The position numbers and the translations under genes are program-made. Shown here in pieces: positions 26,645 through 35,962 of a stretch of DNA of 64,000 bases. The notes below the pieces were generated by a model, which worked only from the letters and a program-made list of their open reading frames with translations, ran no database searches and was not told the origin of the DNA. The stretch comes from an uncultured Actinomycetes bacterium (GTDB taxonomy: Bacteria; Actinomycetota; Thermoleophilia; Gaiellales; JAICJC01): contig CAVPLP010000001.1 of the NCBI GenBank assembly GCA_963706075.1, forward strand, positions 836,541 to 900,540, read 5' to 3'. Positions within the stretch are counted from its first letter, which is position 1; each line of letters begins with the position of its first letter.

Positions 26645-27561
26645 GCCGGTGCCGTGCTCGCCATCCCGGCGGCCTCGCCCCGCGCCACGACCGCCTCGGC
26701 GATCTTCCGCGAAGCCTCGTCGATCATCTGGCCCTCGTGCATGACGGCGCCCTTGCGCTCGACGTGGGTCGCGTGGTGGTAGGCGTCGAGCAGGCGGCGG
26801 GCTGCGTCGAACTGGTCCTGGGTCGGCATGAAGACCTCGTTGGCCACGTCGACCTGGAGCGGGTGCAGCACCCACTTGCCGTCGAACCCGACGAGCCGCG
26901 CCCGGTGGCACAGGCGCCGGTACTCGTCGACGTTCTTGATGTCTGTGTACGGCCCGTCGATCGCCTGGAGCCCGAACGCCCGCGCGGTCGTCACGATCTT
27001 CGAGAGCACGTAGTGCCACTGGTCGCCCGGGTAGTCCGGGTCGATCGAGCCGATCACGAGCTGGGCGACGCCGATCGAGGCGGCGTAGTCGCCGGGGCCG
27101 AAGATGATCGTCTCGATCCGGTCGGTGGCCGTCGCGATCTCGCGCAGGTTGACCGTGCCCTGCGCGTTCTCGATCTGGGCCTCGATCCCGATCCGGTGGC
27201 CGATCTTGTGCTGCGTCTCGAGCTGGGTCAGCAGGTGGTCGACGAAGTGCAGCTGCGCGGCGTCCTCGACCTTCGGGATCATCAGGCAATCGAGGTTGTG
27301 CCCGCCGCCCGACACGACCTCGACGATGTCGCCGAGGCACCACTGGGTGGTCACGCCGTTCACCCTCACGACCCGGGTCTTCCCCGAGTAGTCGTGCGTG
27401 TTCAGCGCGTTGACCACCGTCTGGCGGGAGGCCTCCTTCTCGAGCGGCGAGACGGCGTCCTCGAGGTCCAGGAAGATCTGGTCGGCAGGCAGCGTCGCCG
27501 CCTTGGCCAGCATCTTCTCGGATGAGCCCGGCACGGCCAGGCAGCTGCGGCGCAGCCTCAA
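26641..27561 (-). CDS. HpcH/HpaI-CitE-family acyl-CoA lyase (malyl-/citramalyl-CoA lyase-like)
   Basis: ORF 26641..27561. The TTG start is preceded by GGAAGGAG. Motifs RRSCLAVPG, FLDLEDAV, GIEAQIE and FDGKWVLHP. Confidence 0.85.
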   Translation of the reverse strand: MRLRRSCLAVPGSSEKMLAKAATLPADQIFLDLEDAVSPLEKEASRQTVVNALNTHDYSGKTRVVRVNGVTTQWCLGDIVEVVSGGGHNLDCLMIPKVEDAAQLHFVDHLLTQLETQHKIGHRIGIEAQIENAQGTVNLREIATATDRIETIIFGPGDYAASIGVAQLVIGSIDPDYPGDQWHYVLSKIVTTARAFGLQAIDGPYTDIKNVDEYRRLCHRARLVGFDGKWVLHPLQVDVANEVFMPTQDQFDAARRLLDAYHHATHVERKGAVMHEGQMIDEASRKIAEAVVARGEAAGMASTAPA

Positions 27562-27592
27562 ATCAGTCTCCTTCCCACGACCGGGAAAGAGT

Positions 27593-28219
27593 CTAGAGGG
27601 ACCCGATGCGGCGGATCGGCCAGTACCGCGCCCGGGCGACGCCGATGATGCCGTTGCGAGGCTCGAGGCCCCAGTCGCGCGAGTCGTCCGAGATGCCGCG
27701 GTTGTCGCCCATCAGGAGGTAGTAGCCCTTGGGGATCGTCACCTTCGTGAGCGCGCGCCCCGCGATCTCCTGGTGGTCGTTGACGTACGGCTCGTCCAGG
27801 CTGAACTTCGGCTTGCCCGGGTCCTGCACCCAGATCTTCCCGTCCTGCGACCATACGGTCTCGCCGGGGAGGCCGATGACGCGCTTGATGAACGTCGTGC
27901 CGGCCAGGCCGTCGCGAAGGCCGAGCTGGGGCGACGTGCAGACGCCCATGCCGTCGGAGTTGCCGTCGGTGCAGTGGGGCGGGTGGAAGACGACGATCTG
28001 GTAGCGGTGCGGATCTCCGAAGTCGAGGCTCAACCGGTCGGCGAGGACGCGGTCGCCCGGGAGCAGCGTCGGCACCATGCTCGGCGTCGGGACGCGGTAG
28101 GGCTTGATCACGAACGCCTGGGCGAGCCAGGCGATCGCGAGGGCGACGGCGAGCGTGACGGCGGTCTCCAGGACCGTCCGGACTCCCTTTGGCATCGTCT
28201 CGAGTACGCCCATGAGCAC
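27593..28219 (-). CDS. lepB: Signal peptidase I
   Basis: ORF 27593..28219. Catalytic-Ser box VPTPSMVPTL; boxes GDRVL and GDNRGISDDSRDWG. Confidence 0.9.
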   Translation of the reverse strand: MLMGVLETMPKGVRTVLETAVTLAVALAIAWLAQAFVIKPYRVPTPSMVPTLLPGDRVLADRLSLDFGDPHRYQIVVFHPPHCTDGNSDGMGVCTSPQLGLRDGLAGTTFIKRVIGLPGETVWSQDGKIWVQDPGKPKFSLDEPYVNDHQEIAGRALTKVTIPKGYYLLMGDNRGISDDSRDWGLEPRNGIIGVARARYWPIRRIGSL

Positions 28220-28322
28220 GGGAGGTTATCGGCGACCCGGCACGCCGTCTGTAGGTGCCGCTCGTGTTAACGCGGTGTTCGGTTACGTGTCTCCCGGCTA
28301 CAGCGCGGGTACCCTGGTGCCG

Positions 28323-30005
28323 ATGGCTTCGTCGATGGCCCGACGCCTCGCCCTCATCGTCGCTACCGCCGCCGCTGCGATGCTCGTCGCCGTGCCCGCC
28401 CAGGCGCGCACGCTCTACACGCTGACCGGCCATGGCTGGGGACACGGCATCGGCCTGTCCCAGTACGGCGCGCTCGGGTATGCCCAGCACGGCTGGGCCT
28501 ACGACGCGATCCTGGCCCACTACTACACGGGCACCACCCTCTCGGCTCTCCCGGGCTCGGTGCAGATGCGCATCCAGCTCGCAAGCGGCAGGACGTCGTA
28601 CTCCATCTCGGGAGCCTCGAAGATCACGGTCGTCGACGAGGGTGGCAGCCTGTCGAAGAGGATTCCAGCTGGGTCCTACCGCGTCGAGCGCGGAACGTCG
28701 GGCCGCATGCGCGTCGTCGACGCGGCCACCAACGCGCGGGTCGTCAAGCACCTCACCGGCCCGGTCCGTCTGGGCGCCTCGCAGGCGCTTCGAGTCGACA
28801 GCACCGTCGGCATCGGCTGGGCGCATGACCACTGGCACGGCTATCTGCGCGTCATCCGCTCCGGCTCGTCGCTCATGCTCGTCGACGTCGTGCCGCTCGA
28901 GTACTACCTGCGCGGCGTCGTGCCGAGCGAGATGCCGTCCTCGTGGCTGCCCGCGGCCCTCCGCGCGCAGGCCGTCGCCGCTCGCTCCTACGCCGTCGCG
29001 ACGCGCCACCCGACGTCGCTCTTCGACGCGTACGCCGATACGCGCAGCCAGGTCTACGGCCCGATGGAGCACGAGGCGGCCGGCTCGAACGCCGCCGTCG
29101 CCGACACCGCGCACAAGGTGCTGTGGTACTCGGGGAGCGTCGCCGTCGGGTTCTTCTCGTCGTCGTCCGGGGGATGGACGGCGTCTGAACAGGCCGCCTG
29201 GGGCAGCGGGGGCGAGCCGTACCTCGTCCCCGTCCGCGACCGCTACGACGGGGCGCAGGGACTCAACCCGAACCACAACTGGACGCCGCGTGTCTTCACG
29301 CCGCGCGGGCTGGCGCGCGCGCTCGGGGTCAGCGGCAAGGTGCGCTCGGTCGACCTGACGATCGACGGGCCTTCGCAGCGGGTCACGCACGCCACGTTCC
29401 ACAGGGATGCCGGCAATCGCTCCTACACAGGCCCCGGCGCCGAGCTGGCGTTGGGCCTCCGCTCGAACTACTTCCGGATCGTGGGCGCCGGGCTCAAGGC
29501 GCCGGCGCGGTCGGTGGCAGGGACGCGGTTCCCGATCACCGGGCGCGTCTGGCCGCTGCCGCACCACCGGATCTCGCTGCTCGTGCACGATGGGCCGGGC
29601 CGGCCATGGACGACGGCGGTCGCCAGGCTCTCGCTCAAGTCGGACGGGACGTTCTCGTCGAGCATCCACCCCAAGCAGAACCGGGTGTACCGCCTGGCGC
29701 TGCCCGCCGGCGCGGCGTCCCCGCGCGAGAGCATCGCCGTCACGCCGGCGCTCACGCTCGTCCGGTCGGGCAAGTCGTTCCGCGCGACCATCTATCCCAT
29801 TCTCAAGGGCACCGTCCTCACGCTCCAGAGGCACCGGGCCGGCGGCTGGAAGGCCGTCGCGCACGCGCCGGTCGGCGCGAAGGGTCATGCCCGGTTTGCC
29901 GTGCCGGGCACCGCCGGGCGGTGGCGGGTCTCCTTCGGCGGCGACGCCGACCACGCCGCCGGCCACTCCCCCGTGCTCACGTCGCCGAAGCTCTGGCGGG
30001 GATAA
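28323..30005 (+). CDS. SpoIID/LytB-domain protein (secreted peptidoglycan-remodelling)
   Basis: Within ORF 28104..30005; start at MASSMARRLALIVATAAAAMLVAVPAQA (ATG 28323). SpoIID motifs GHGWGHGIGLSQYGA, YLRGVVPSEMP, LRAQAVAARSYA and FSSSSGGWT. Confidence 0.85.
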   Translation: MASSMARRLALIVATAAAAMLVAVPAQARTLYTLTGHGWGHGIGLSQYGALGYAQHGWAYDAILAHYYTGTTLSALPGSVQMRIQLASGRTSYSISGASKITVVDEGGSLSKRIPAGSYRVERGTSGRMRVVDAATNARVVKHLTGPVRLGASQALRVDSTVGIGWAHDHWHGYLRVIRSGSSLMLVDVVPLEYYLRGVVPSEMPSSWLPAALRAQAVAARSYAVATRHPTSLFDAYADTRSQVYGPMEHEAAGSNAAVADTAHKVLWYSGSVAVGFFSSSSGGWTASEQAAWGSGGEPYLVPVRDRYDGAQGLNPNHNWTPRVFTPRGLARALGVSGKVRSVDLTIDGPSQRVTHATFHRDAGNRSYTGPGAELALGLRSNYFRIVGAGLKAPARSVAGTRFPITGRVWPLPHHRISLLVHDGPGRPWTTAVARLSLKSDGTFSSSIHPKQNRVYRLALPAGAASPRESIAVTPALTLVRSGKSFRATIYPILKGTVLTLQRHRAGGWKAVAHAPVGAKGHARFAVPGTAGRWRVSFGGDADHAAGHSPVLTSPKLWRG

Positions 30006-30015
30006 GCTCCGGGAC

Positions 30016-30225
30016 ATGCCCGCGTTCGCCATTCGCCGTGTCGACGGCAAGCTGCGCATCCGCGCCGCCGGGTGCTGCAACCCGGCGAGCTACAGGCGGG
30101 AGTACGAGCAGGCGTACATGGAGCAGGTGCTCGCCGAGGGCGGCCGGGTCGTCGACCGCGAGGGCGACGTCGTGCACCTCGTCGACCGGCGCGGACGGGC
30201 CTGCTCGGTCGATCTCGGATTCTGA
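30016..30225 (+). CDS. Small hypothetical protein (69 aa)
   Basis: Inner ATG of ORF 29407..30225: MPAFAIRRVDGKLRIRAAGCCNPASYRREYEQAYMEQVLAEGGRVVDREGDVVHLVDRRGRACSVDLGF. Non-repetitive composition; no family recognised. Confidence 0.4.
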   Translation: MPAFAIRRVDGKLRIRAAGCCNPASYRREYEQAYMEQVLAEGGRVVDREGDVVHLVDRRGRACSVDLGF

Positions 30226-30362
30226 GTAGCATCCGTTCGTCCGCGGGTAGGCCGCTCGGCGACCCGGTCTTTTGACGGTTCCATACCATCCCGCACGGGT
30301 CAGCACGAGAGGGGCTCGCCACGAGCGACATCCAGCAACGTCCACGGCCGCTGCGCGTCCTC

Positions 30363-31370
30363 GTGACGGCCGCCGGGTCGCCCGGAGGCGGGCGGCTCGT
30401 GAAGTCGCTCCAGCAGAACGGCGAGCGGGAGCTGGCCGTGGTCGGCACCGACATGAGCGCGCGCCGCGGCGGGCGGGCGATCTGCGACGCCTTCCACGTC
30501 GTGCCGCCCGGCTCGTCGGACGAGTATCCCGGGCACCTGGCGGAGCTCGCGCGGCGCGAGGGGGTCGACGTGGTCTTCCCGCTCTCATCGTTCGAGGTGG
30601 CGGCGGTGTCGAAGGCGGTCGACCAGTTCGACGTGCCCGTGCTGGTGGCCTCGCCCGAGGCGATCGCGGCCTGCAACGACAAGGCCCGGACGATGGAGCT
30701 GTGCGAGCGCCTCGGGATCCCGATCCCGCGCTCGATCCTGACCACGACGCCTGACGAGTTCCTCGCGGCGGCGTACGAGCTCGGCTATCCCGACGTCGAC
30801 GTCTGCACGAAGCCGACCGCGCTCAAGGGCTCTCGCGGGTTCCTCGTGCTGTCGGCCAACCCCAACCGCCGGTGGCACCTCCTCGAGGCCCGGCCGGGCC
30901 CGATGCCGCTCACGCTCGACGAGGCCCTCGAGGCGATCGGCGAGCGCGACTTCCCGGCGCTCCTCGTCATGGACTATCTGAAGGGCAAGGAGCACACCGT
31001 CGACGCCATCTGCCGCGGCGGCCGCTTCCTGGTCGGCCACGCCAAGACGCGCGAGGCGGTGCGCGCGGGCCTTGCCATGTACTTCGAGACGGCCGACGAG
31101 CCCGCCCTGGTCGATGCCTCGCGGAAGCTCGTGGCCGAGCTCGGCGTCGACTGGTTCGTGAACGTGCAGTTCATCGACGGCCGCCTGCTCGAGATCAACC
31201 CGCGCATCTCGACGATCGTCTACCAGGACGACTTCAACATGCCGTACCTCGCGGTGCGACACGCTCTCGGGGAGATCGACGAGGAGGAGCTCGCCGCCCA
31301 GCAGTCGCGCGTTCGGATGACGCGGCGGGCGATCCGCTACTACGACCAGGTGGAGTACGACGAGTCGTGA
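30363..31370 (+). CDS. ATP-grasp domain enzyme (CPSase-L/PylC-like carboxylate-amine ligase)
   Basis: ORF 30363..31370 (GTG). The frame is open from 30276 and reads ...RVLVTAAGSPGG, so the start may be non-canonical and lie upstream. ATP-grasp core KPTALKGSRGF...LVMDYLKGKEHTVD...VNVQFIDGRLLEINPR. Confidence 0.75.
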   Translation: MTAAGSPGGGRLVKSLQQNGERELAVVGTDMSARRGGRAICDAFHVVPPGSSDEYPGHLAELARREGVDVVFPLSSFEVAAVSKAVDQFDVPVLVASPEAIAACNDKARTMELCERLGIPIPRSILTTTPDEFLAAAYELGYPDVDVCTKPTALKGSRGFLVLSANPNRRWHLLEARPGPMPLTLDEALEAIGERDFPALLVMDYLKGKEHTVDAICRGGRFLVGHAKTREAVRAGLAMYFETADEPALVDASRKLVAELGVDWFVNVQFIDGRLLEINPRISTIVYQDDFNMPYLAVRHALGEIDEEELAAQQSRVRMTRRAIRYYDQVEYDES

Positions 31371-31374
31371 GCCC

Positions 31375-32655
31375 GTGCGCGCCCTGATCGTCTCGTACTA
31401 CTTCCCGCCTGCGGGCGGCGGCGGCGTGCAGCGCGTGCTCAAGCTCTGCAAGCACCTGCCGGCGTTCGGCTGGGACGTCGACGTGCTCGCGCCCGACGAT
31501 CCGAAGTGGGTCGCGCACGACCCCGGGCTTGCGGCCGAGATCCCCGCCGGGACGGTCGTCCACCGCGCCCGCTACCGCGGCCCCTCGGACGAGCGCCCGG
31601 CCGCCGACGTGCTGGCGGGCGCCGAGGGCCTGCGCGGTGTGGCCACCCGGGCCGGCCTCTACGGCCGCCAGCTCCTGGTCCCTGATCCGCGCGTCGTCTG
31701 GGTGCCGGATGCGGCGCGGGCGGCGGTGCGGATCGTCCGCGAGCGCTCGGCGAGCGTCGTCCTCACCACGTCGCCGCCGTCGTCGGCCCACATGATCGGG
31801 AACGTCGTGGCCCGCCGGACCGGCGTGCCGTGGATCGCCGACCTGCGCGACTCGTGGCTCGCCAACCCGCACCGGCGCTACGACCGGCGCAGCGTCCGCG
31901 CCAAGCGGGCCGTGCTCGAGACGATGGCGCGGCGCACCTTCGCGCGCGTCTCGGCGCTCACGGCCGTGACCGAGACGATCGCCGACGAGGCGCGGGCGCT
32001 GGCCCCGGCCGGCACGCCGAGCGCGGTGATCTCGAACGGCTGCGACTTCGACGAGTTCGCCGGCCTCGAGCACACGCCGTCGGACCGCCTGCGGATCCTC
32101 CACGCCGGGTTCTTCTTCGGCGTGCGGAGCCCGCGGCCGTTCCTCGAGGCGCTCGCCCGGCTCCTGGCCGACCGGCCGGAGCTGCGCGAGGTGATCGAGG
32201 CGCGCTTCGTGGGCGGGTTTCGCACGGCCGATCGGCAATGGGCCGAGTCGCTCGGGCTGGGCGCGGCTCTTCGCATCGACGGCTTTCTGCCCCACGACCA
32301 GGCGCTCGCCGCCATGAAGGGCGCTGACGCGCTGCTGCTCCTGATCCCGCGGGCCGGCGGGCTCGGGCTGAGCGTGCTCTCGGGCAAGCTCTTCGAGTAC
32401 CTGGCGGCCGAGCGGCCGGTGCTGGCGCTCGTCCCGCCCGAGGGGATCGCCGCCGACCTGCTCCGCTCGACCGGGTTCGCGCGGATCGCCGACCCCGACG
32501 ACGTCGGTGCCATCCGCGCGCAGCTCGAGGATCTTGTCGAGGCGTGGCGGGCCGGCGACCTCGGCGACCGCCCGCTGCCGGCCGACCTGCGCGAGCGGCT
32601 CGACCGCCGCACGCGCGCCTCCGAGATGGCCGACGTCTTCCGGAGCGTGGCATGA
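31375..32655 (+). CDS. Glycosyltransferase (GT-B fold, GT4-like)
   Basis: ORF 31375..32655. N-terminus RALIVSYYFPPAGGGGVQRVLKLCKHL; C-terminal half has the GT-B Rossmann pattern. Confidence 0.75.
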   Translation: MRALIVSYYFPPAGGGGVQRVLKLCKHLPAFGWDVDVLAPDDPKWVAHDPGLAAEIPAGTVVHRARYRGPSDERPAADVLAGAEGLRGVATRAGLYGRQLLVPDPRVVWVPDAARAAVRIVRERSASVVLTTSPPSSAHMIGNVVARRTGVPWIADLRDSWLANPHRRYDRRSVRAKRAVLETMARRTFARVSALTAVTETIADEARALAPAGTPSAVISNGCDFDEFAGLEHTPSDRLRILHAGFFFGVRSPRPFLEALARLLADRPELREVIEARFVGGFRTADRQWAESLGLGAALRIDGFLPHDQALAAMKGADALLLLIPRAGGLGLSVLSGKLFEYLAAERPVLALVPPEGIAADLLRSTGFARIADPDDVGAIRAQLEDLVEAWRAGDLGDRPLPADLRERLDRRTRASEMADVFRSVA

Positions 32656-33692
32656 GCGAGGGCAAGGTGCGCATCGCGCTCGTCGGCTGCGGCTACTGGG
32701 GCCCGAAGGTGATCCGGGCCGCGGCATCGCTCCCCGATGTCGAGGTCGTGGCGCTCGTCGACTTCCGCGAGGACCTGCGCGAGGCGCTCCTCGGTGTCTA
32801 CCCGCTCGCTCGCTCGACAGCGACGCTCGGCGAGGCGCTGGCCGCCGGCCCGATCGACGCCGTCATCGTTGCGACGAACCCCAGCACGCACGTCGAGGTC
32901 GCCGCCGAGGCGATCGAGGGCGGCTGCCACGTCATGGTCGAGAAGCCGCTCGCGCTGAGCGCCGCCGACTGCCGCGCCCTGGGGGTCAAGGCTCGAGACG
33001 CCGGGCTCGTCCTGATGGCGGGCCACACGTTCCGGTTCAGCCCGCTCGTGAACCACGTGCAGTCGCTCATCGAGAGCCAGGAGCTCGGCGAGATCTACTC
33101 CATCGACTCCCAGCGCCTGAACCTGGGCCGCGTGCGCCGCGACGTCGACGCGATCTGGAACTTCGCGCCTCACGACATCTCGATCCTGAACTACTGGCTG
33201 GGCGGGCACCCGCGCGCCGTCCACTGCCACGCCTATGACTACCTCCAGCCGGGCATCCCCGACCTGGCGTTCCTGGTGCTCGAGTACGAGAGCACCGTGG
33301 CGCACGTCCACATCAGCTGGCTGCACCCGACCAAGGTGCGGCGCGCGACGATCGTCGGGAGCAAGAAGATGGTGGTGTACGACGACGTCGAGGGCCAGAT
33401 CGTGGTGCACGACGCCGGCATCGACCGCGAGCGCGTCGACCGCACGTTCCCCGACTTCGAGACGTTCGGCGAGTTCCGACTCATCCAGCGCGTCGGCGAC
33501 ATGCACATCCCGCGCATCCCCCTGGCCGAGCCGCTCGCGCTCCAGTGCCGCCACTTCGTCGACTGCATCAAGGCCGGGACCGAGCCGGTCACCGACTTCG
33601 AGGACGCGGCGCGGGTCGTCGAGGTGCTCGAGGCGGCGAGCGCGTCGCACACGAACGGTGGCGCACGGGTCGTGATCCCGGATTTACCATGA
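32652..33692 (+). CDS. Gfo/Idh/MocA-family oxidoreductase (WbpB-like UDP-GlcNAcA 3-dehydrogenase candidate)
   Basis: Within ORF 32544..33692; start at MSEGKVRIALVGCGYWGPK (ATG 32652, ATGA overlap). EKPLALS motif. Confidence 0.75.
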   Translation: MSEGKVRIALVGCGYWGPKVIRAAASLPDVEVVALVDFREDLREALLGVYPLARSTATLGEALAAGPIDAVIVATNPSTHVEVAAEAIEGGCHVMVEKPLALSAADCRALGVKARDAGLVLMAGHTFRFSPLVNHVQSLIESQELGEIYSIDSQRLNLGRVRRDVDAIWNFAPHDISILNYWLGGHPRAVHCHAYDYLQPGIPDLAFLVLEYESTVAHVHISWLHPTKVRRATIVGSKKMVVYDDVEGQIVVHDAGIDRERVDRTFPDFETFGEFRLIQRVGDMHIPRIPLAEPLALQCRHFVDCIKAGTEPVTDFEDAARVVEVLEAASASHTNGGARVVIPDLP

Positions 33693-34819
33693 GCGCCGCG
33701 ATGGACACCATCCCCCTCGTCGACCTCAAGGCGCAGTACCGCGCGATCGGCCCCGAGATCGAGGCCGCGATCGGCCGCGTGCTCCAGCGCCAGTCGTTCG
33801 TCAACGCCGCCGAGACGAAGGCGTTCGAGGAGGAGTTCGCGGCGTTCTGCGAGGCGCCCGAGGCGGTCGGGGTCTCGAACGGCACGACCGCCATCGAGCT
33901 CATCCTGAACGCGCTCGACGTCGGGCCCGGCGACGAGGTGATCACGGTCTCGCACACGTTCATGGCCACCGTGGGCGCGGTGCTCCGGACGGGCGCGACG
34001 CCGGTGCTCGTCGACGTCGACGCGGCCACCTGGACGATGTCGCCCGACCAGGTCGCGCGTGCGGTCACGCCCCGGACCAAGGCGATCCTGCCGGTGCACC
34101 TCTACGGCAACCCGGCCGATGTGCCGGCCATCGCGGCGGCCGCGCCCGGCATCCCGATCGTCGAGGACGCGGCTCAGGCCCACGGCGCCCGCTACCACGG
34201 CCGCGCGGTCGGGAGCGACTCCGCCGCAGCCTCGTACAGCTTCTATCCCGGAAAGACGCTGGGGGCGTACGGCGACGCGGGCGCCGTCACCACCGCCGAC
34301 CCGGAGCTCGCCCTGCGGCTTCGCCGCTTGCGCGACCACGGCCGGTTCGGCGCCAAGTACGAGCATGCGTCGGTGGGAACCAACGCCCGTATGTCCGAGA
34401 TCCAGGCGGCGGTGCTGCGGACGAAGCTCGCCCATCTGCCCGCGTGGATTGCCGAGCGACAGCGCCTCTGCGGGCGTTACGAGGAGCGGCTGTCGTCGTC
34501 CGAGGTTCGCCTCCAGCGGGTCCAGCCGTGGGCTGAGCACACCTGGCACCTCTTCGTGCTGCTCCACCCCGACCGCGACCGGCTCGTCGCGGAGCTGCGC
34601 GAGCGCGGGATCTCGACCGGCGTCCACTACCCGATCCCGGTGCATCGCCAGCCGGGGATGGCCGGCGCCCGGCACCGCGTCCAGGGCGGCGAGCTTCCGG
34701 TCACCGACGAGCTCGCGGCGACGTGCCTGTCGCTTCCGATCTACCCGGAGCTCGGCGATGACGGTGTCGACCGGGTGGCCGGGGCCGTGCACGACGTGCT
34801 TGCCGGCGCGCATGTCTGA
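33689..34819 (+). CDS. DegT/DnrJ/EryC1/StrS-family PLP aminotransferase (WbpE-like)
   Basis: Within ORF 33545..34819; start at MSAAMDTIPLVDLKAQY (ATG 33689, ATGA overlap). Motifs GVSNGTTAIELIL, EDAAQAHGA and SFYPGKTLGAYGDAG. Confidence 0.88.
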   Translation: MSAAMDTIPLVDLKAQYRAIGPEIEAAIGRVLQRQSFVNAAETKAFEEEFAAFCEAPEAVGVSNGTTAIELILNALDVGPGDEVITVSHTFMATVGAVLRTGATPVLVDVDAATWTMSPDQVARAVTPRTKAILPVHLYGNPADVPAIAAAAPGIPIVEDAAQAHGARYHGRAVGSDSAAASYSFYPGKTLGAYGDAGAVTTADPELALRLRRLRDHGRFGAKYEHASVGTNARMSEIQAAVLRTKLAHLPAWIAERQRLCGRYEERLSSSEVRLQRVQPWAEHTWHLFVLLHPDRDRLVAELRERGISTGVHYPIPVHRQPGMAGARHRVQGGELPVTDELAATCLSLPIYPELGDDGVDRVAGAVHDVLAGAHV

Positions 34820-35962
34820 GCGGGCCGTCTCCGACAGGCCGCTTCGGATCCTCGGCGTCGGCCGCGGCCGGTCGCTGATCTTCCTGCGCTGGGCGTGGGC
34901 GCTGGCCGAGCTGGGCCACGACGTCCACATCGTGAGCCCCGTCTTCCGCGACGACATGCCGGAGGAGCTCTCGATGCTCACCACCCACGACATCACGAAG
35001 CTCGGGATCGGCACGCGCATCCCGGGCCTGCGGCGCACGCAGTTCGGGCCCGCCATCCGCCGGCTCGCGGCAGACATCAAGCCCGACGTCGTCCATGCCC
35101 ACTACCTGCTCCCGTACGGCCACTGGGCCGCCGAGGCCGACGTACACCCGCTCGTCATGAGCCCGTGGAACACCGACATCTTCACCTACGGGAGGGAGCG
35201 GCCGCGCGGGCGAAAGTGGGTCGCGCAGTCGATCGCCGCCGGCGACCGGTTCGTCGTCTCGTCGCTCGGCAACACCGAGGAGACGGTGCGCCTCGGAGCC
35301 GACCCCGCCAAGATCGACCGCATCGTCTGGTACGTCGACCTGCGGCCGTTCGGCGCCGGACAGGCGCGACCACGCGGCACTCGCGGCCCGGTTCGGCTGG
35401 CCGGAGGATTCGCTGATCGTCCTCTCGCTTCGCAACTACCGCGAGAACACGAACCTCGACGTCGTCCTGCGCGCATTTGCGCGGGCGCATGCCGAGGAGC
35501 CGCGGGCGCGGCTGATCCTGGCGGCCCGCGAGGGCGTCATGACCGAGACGGTGCGGGGCTGGGTGGACGACCTCGGCGTCGGCGACGCCGTCCGGATGCA
35601 CTTCATCCCGCCGCCCGAGCTGCCCTTCTTCTGCGCCTCCTCCGACCTGGCCGTGTCGCTGGCGTCGACCGACGCCACGCCGGCGTCGATGCTCGAGTGC
35701 ATGGCATCGCGGCTGCCGCTCGTCATGGGCGACGCGATCACGATCGACGAGTGGATCACGCAGGGCGACGGCGGCGAGGTGGTCCAGTGCCGCGACGAGG
35801 ACGCGGTCACCGCCGCGCTGCTTCGCCTGATGCGCGACCCCGAGCTTCGCGCCGCCTACGGCGATCGCAACGTGCGCGTCGTGGCCGAGCGGCTGCCCGA
35901 CCACCCGGGCGTCGATGCTCGAGCGGGTCTACCGGGGCATGCTCGCGGCCAACGGCCGCTAG
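34812..35962 (+). pseudogene. Glycosyltransferase (GT4-like), two apparent frameshifts as sequenced
   Basis: - Segment 1: MSERAVSDRPLRILGVG...IVWYVDLRPFG, in the frame of ORF 34059..36413.
- Segment 2: PDRRDHAALAARFGWPEDSLIVLSLRNYRENTNLDVVLRAF...SMLECMASRLPLVMGD...NVRVVAERLPD, in the frame of ORF 35539..36171.
- Segment 3: ASMLERVYRGMLAANGR*, in the third frame, ending at TAG 35960-35962.
The shifts lie near 35353-35358 and 35895-35912. Confidence 0.7.

Noticed and set aside
30016-31370. Graspetide-type (omega-ester/amide) RiPP pair: a small ORF plus an ATP-grasp ligase.
   Set aside because: The small ORF lacks the repeated Thr/Ser...Asp/Glu core motifs of graspetides. It is separated from the ATP-grasp gene by 137 nt. 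The ATP-grasp gene is translationally linked to a nucleotide-sugar cluster and resembles CPSase-type ligases found in glycan loci.
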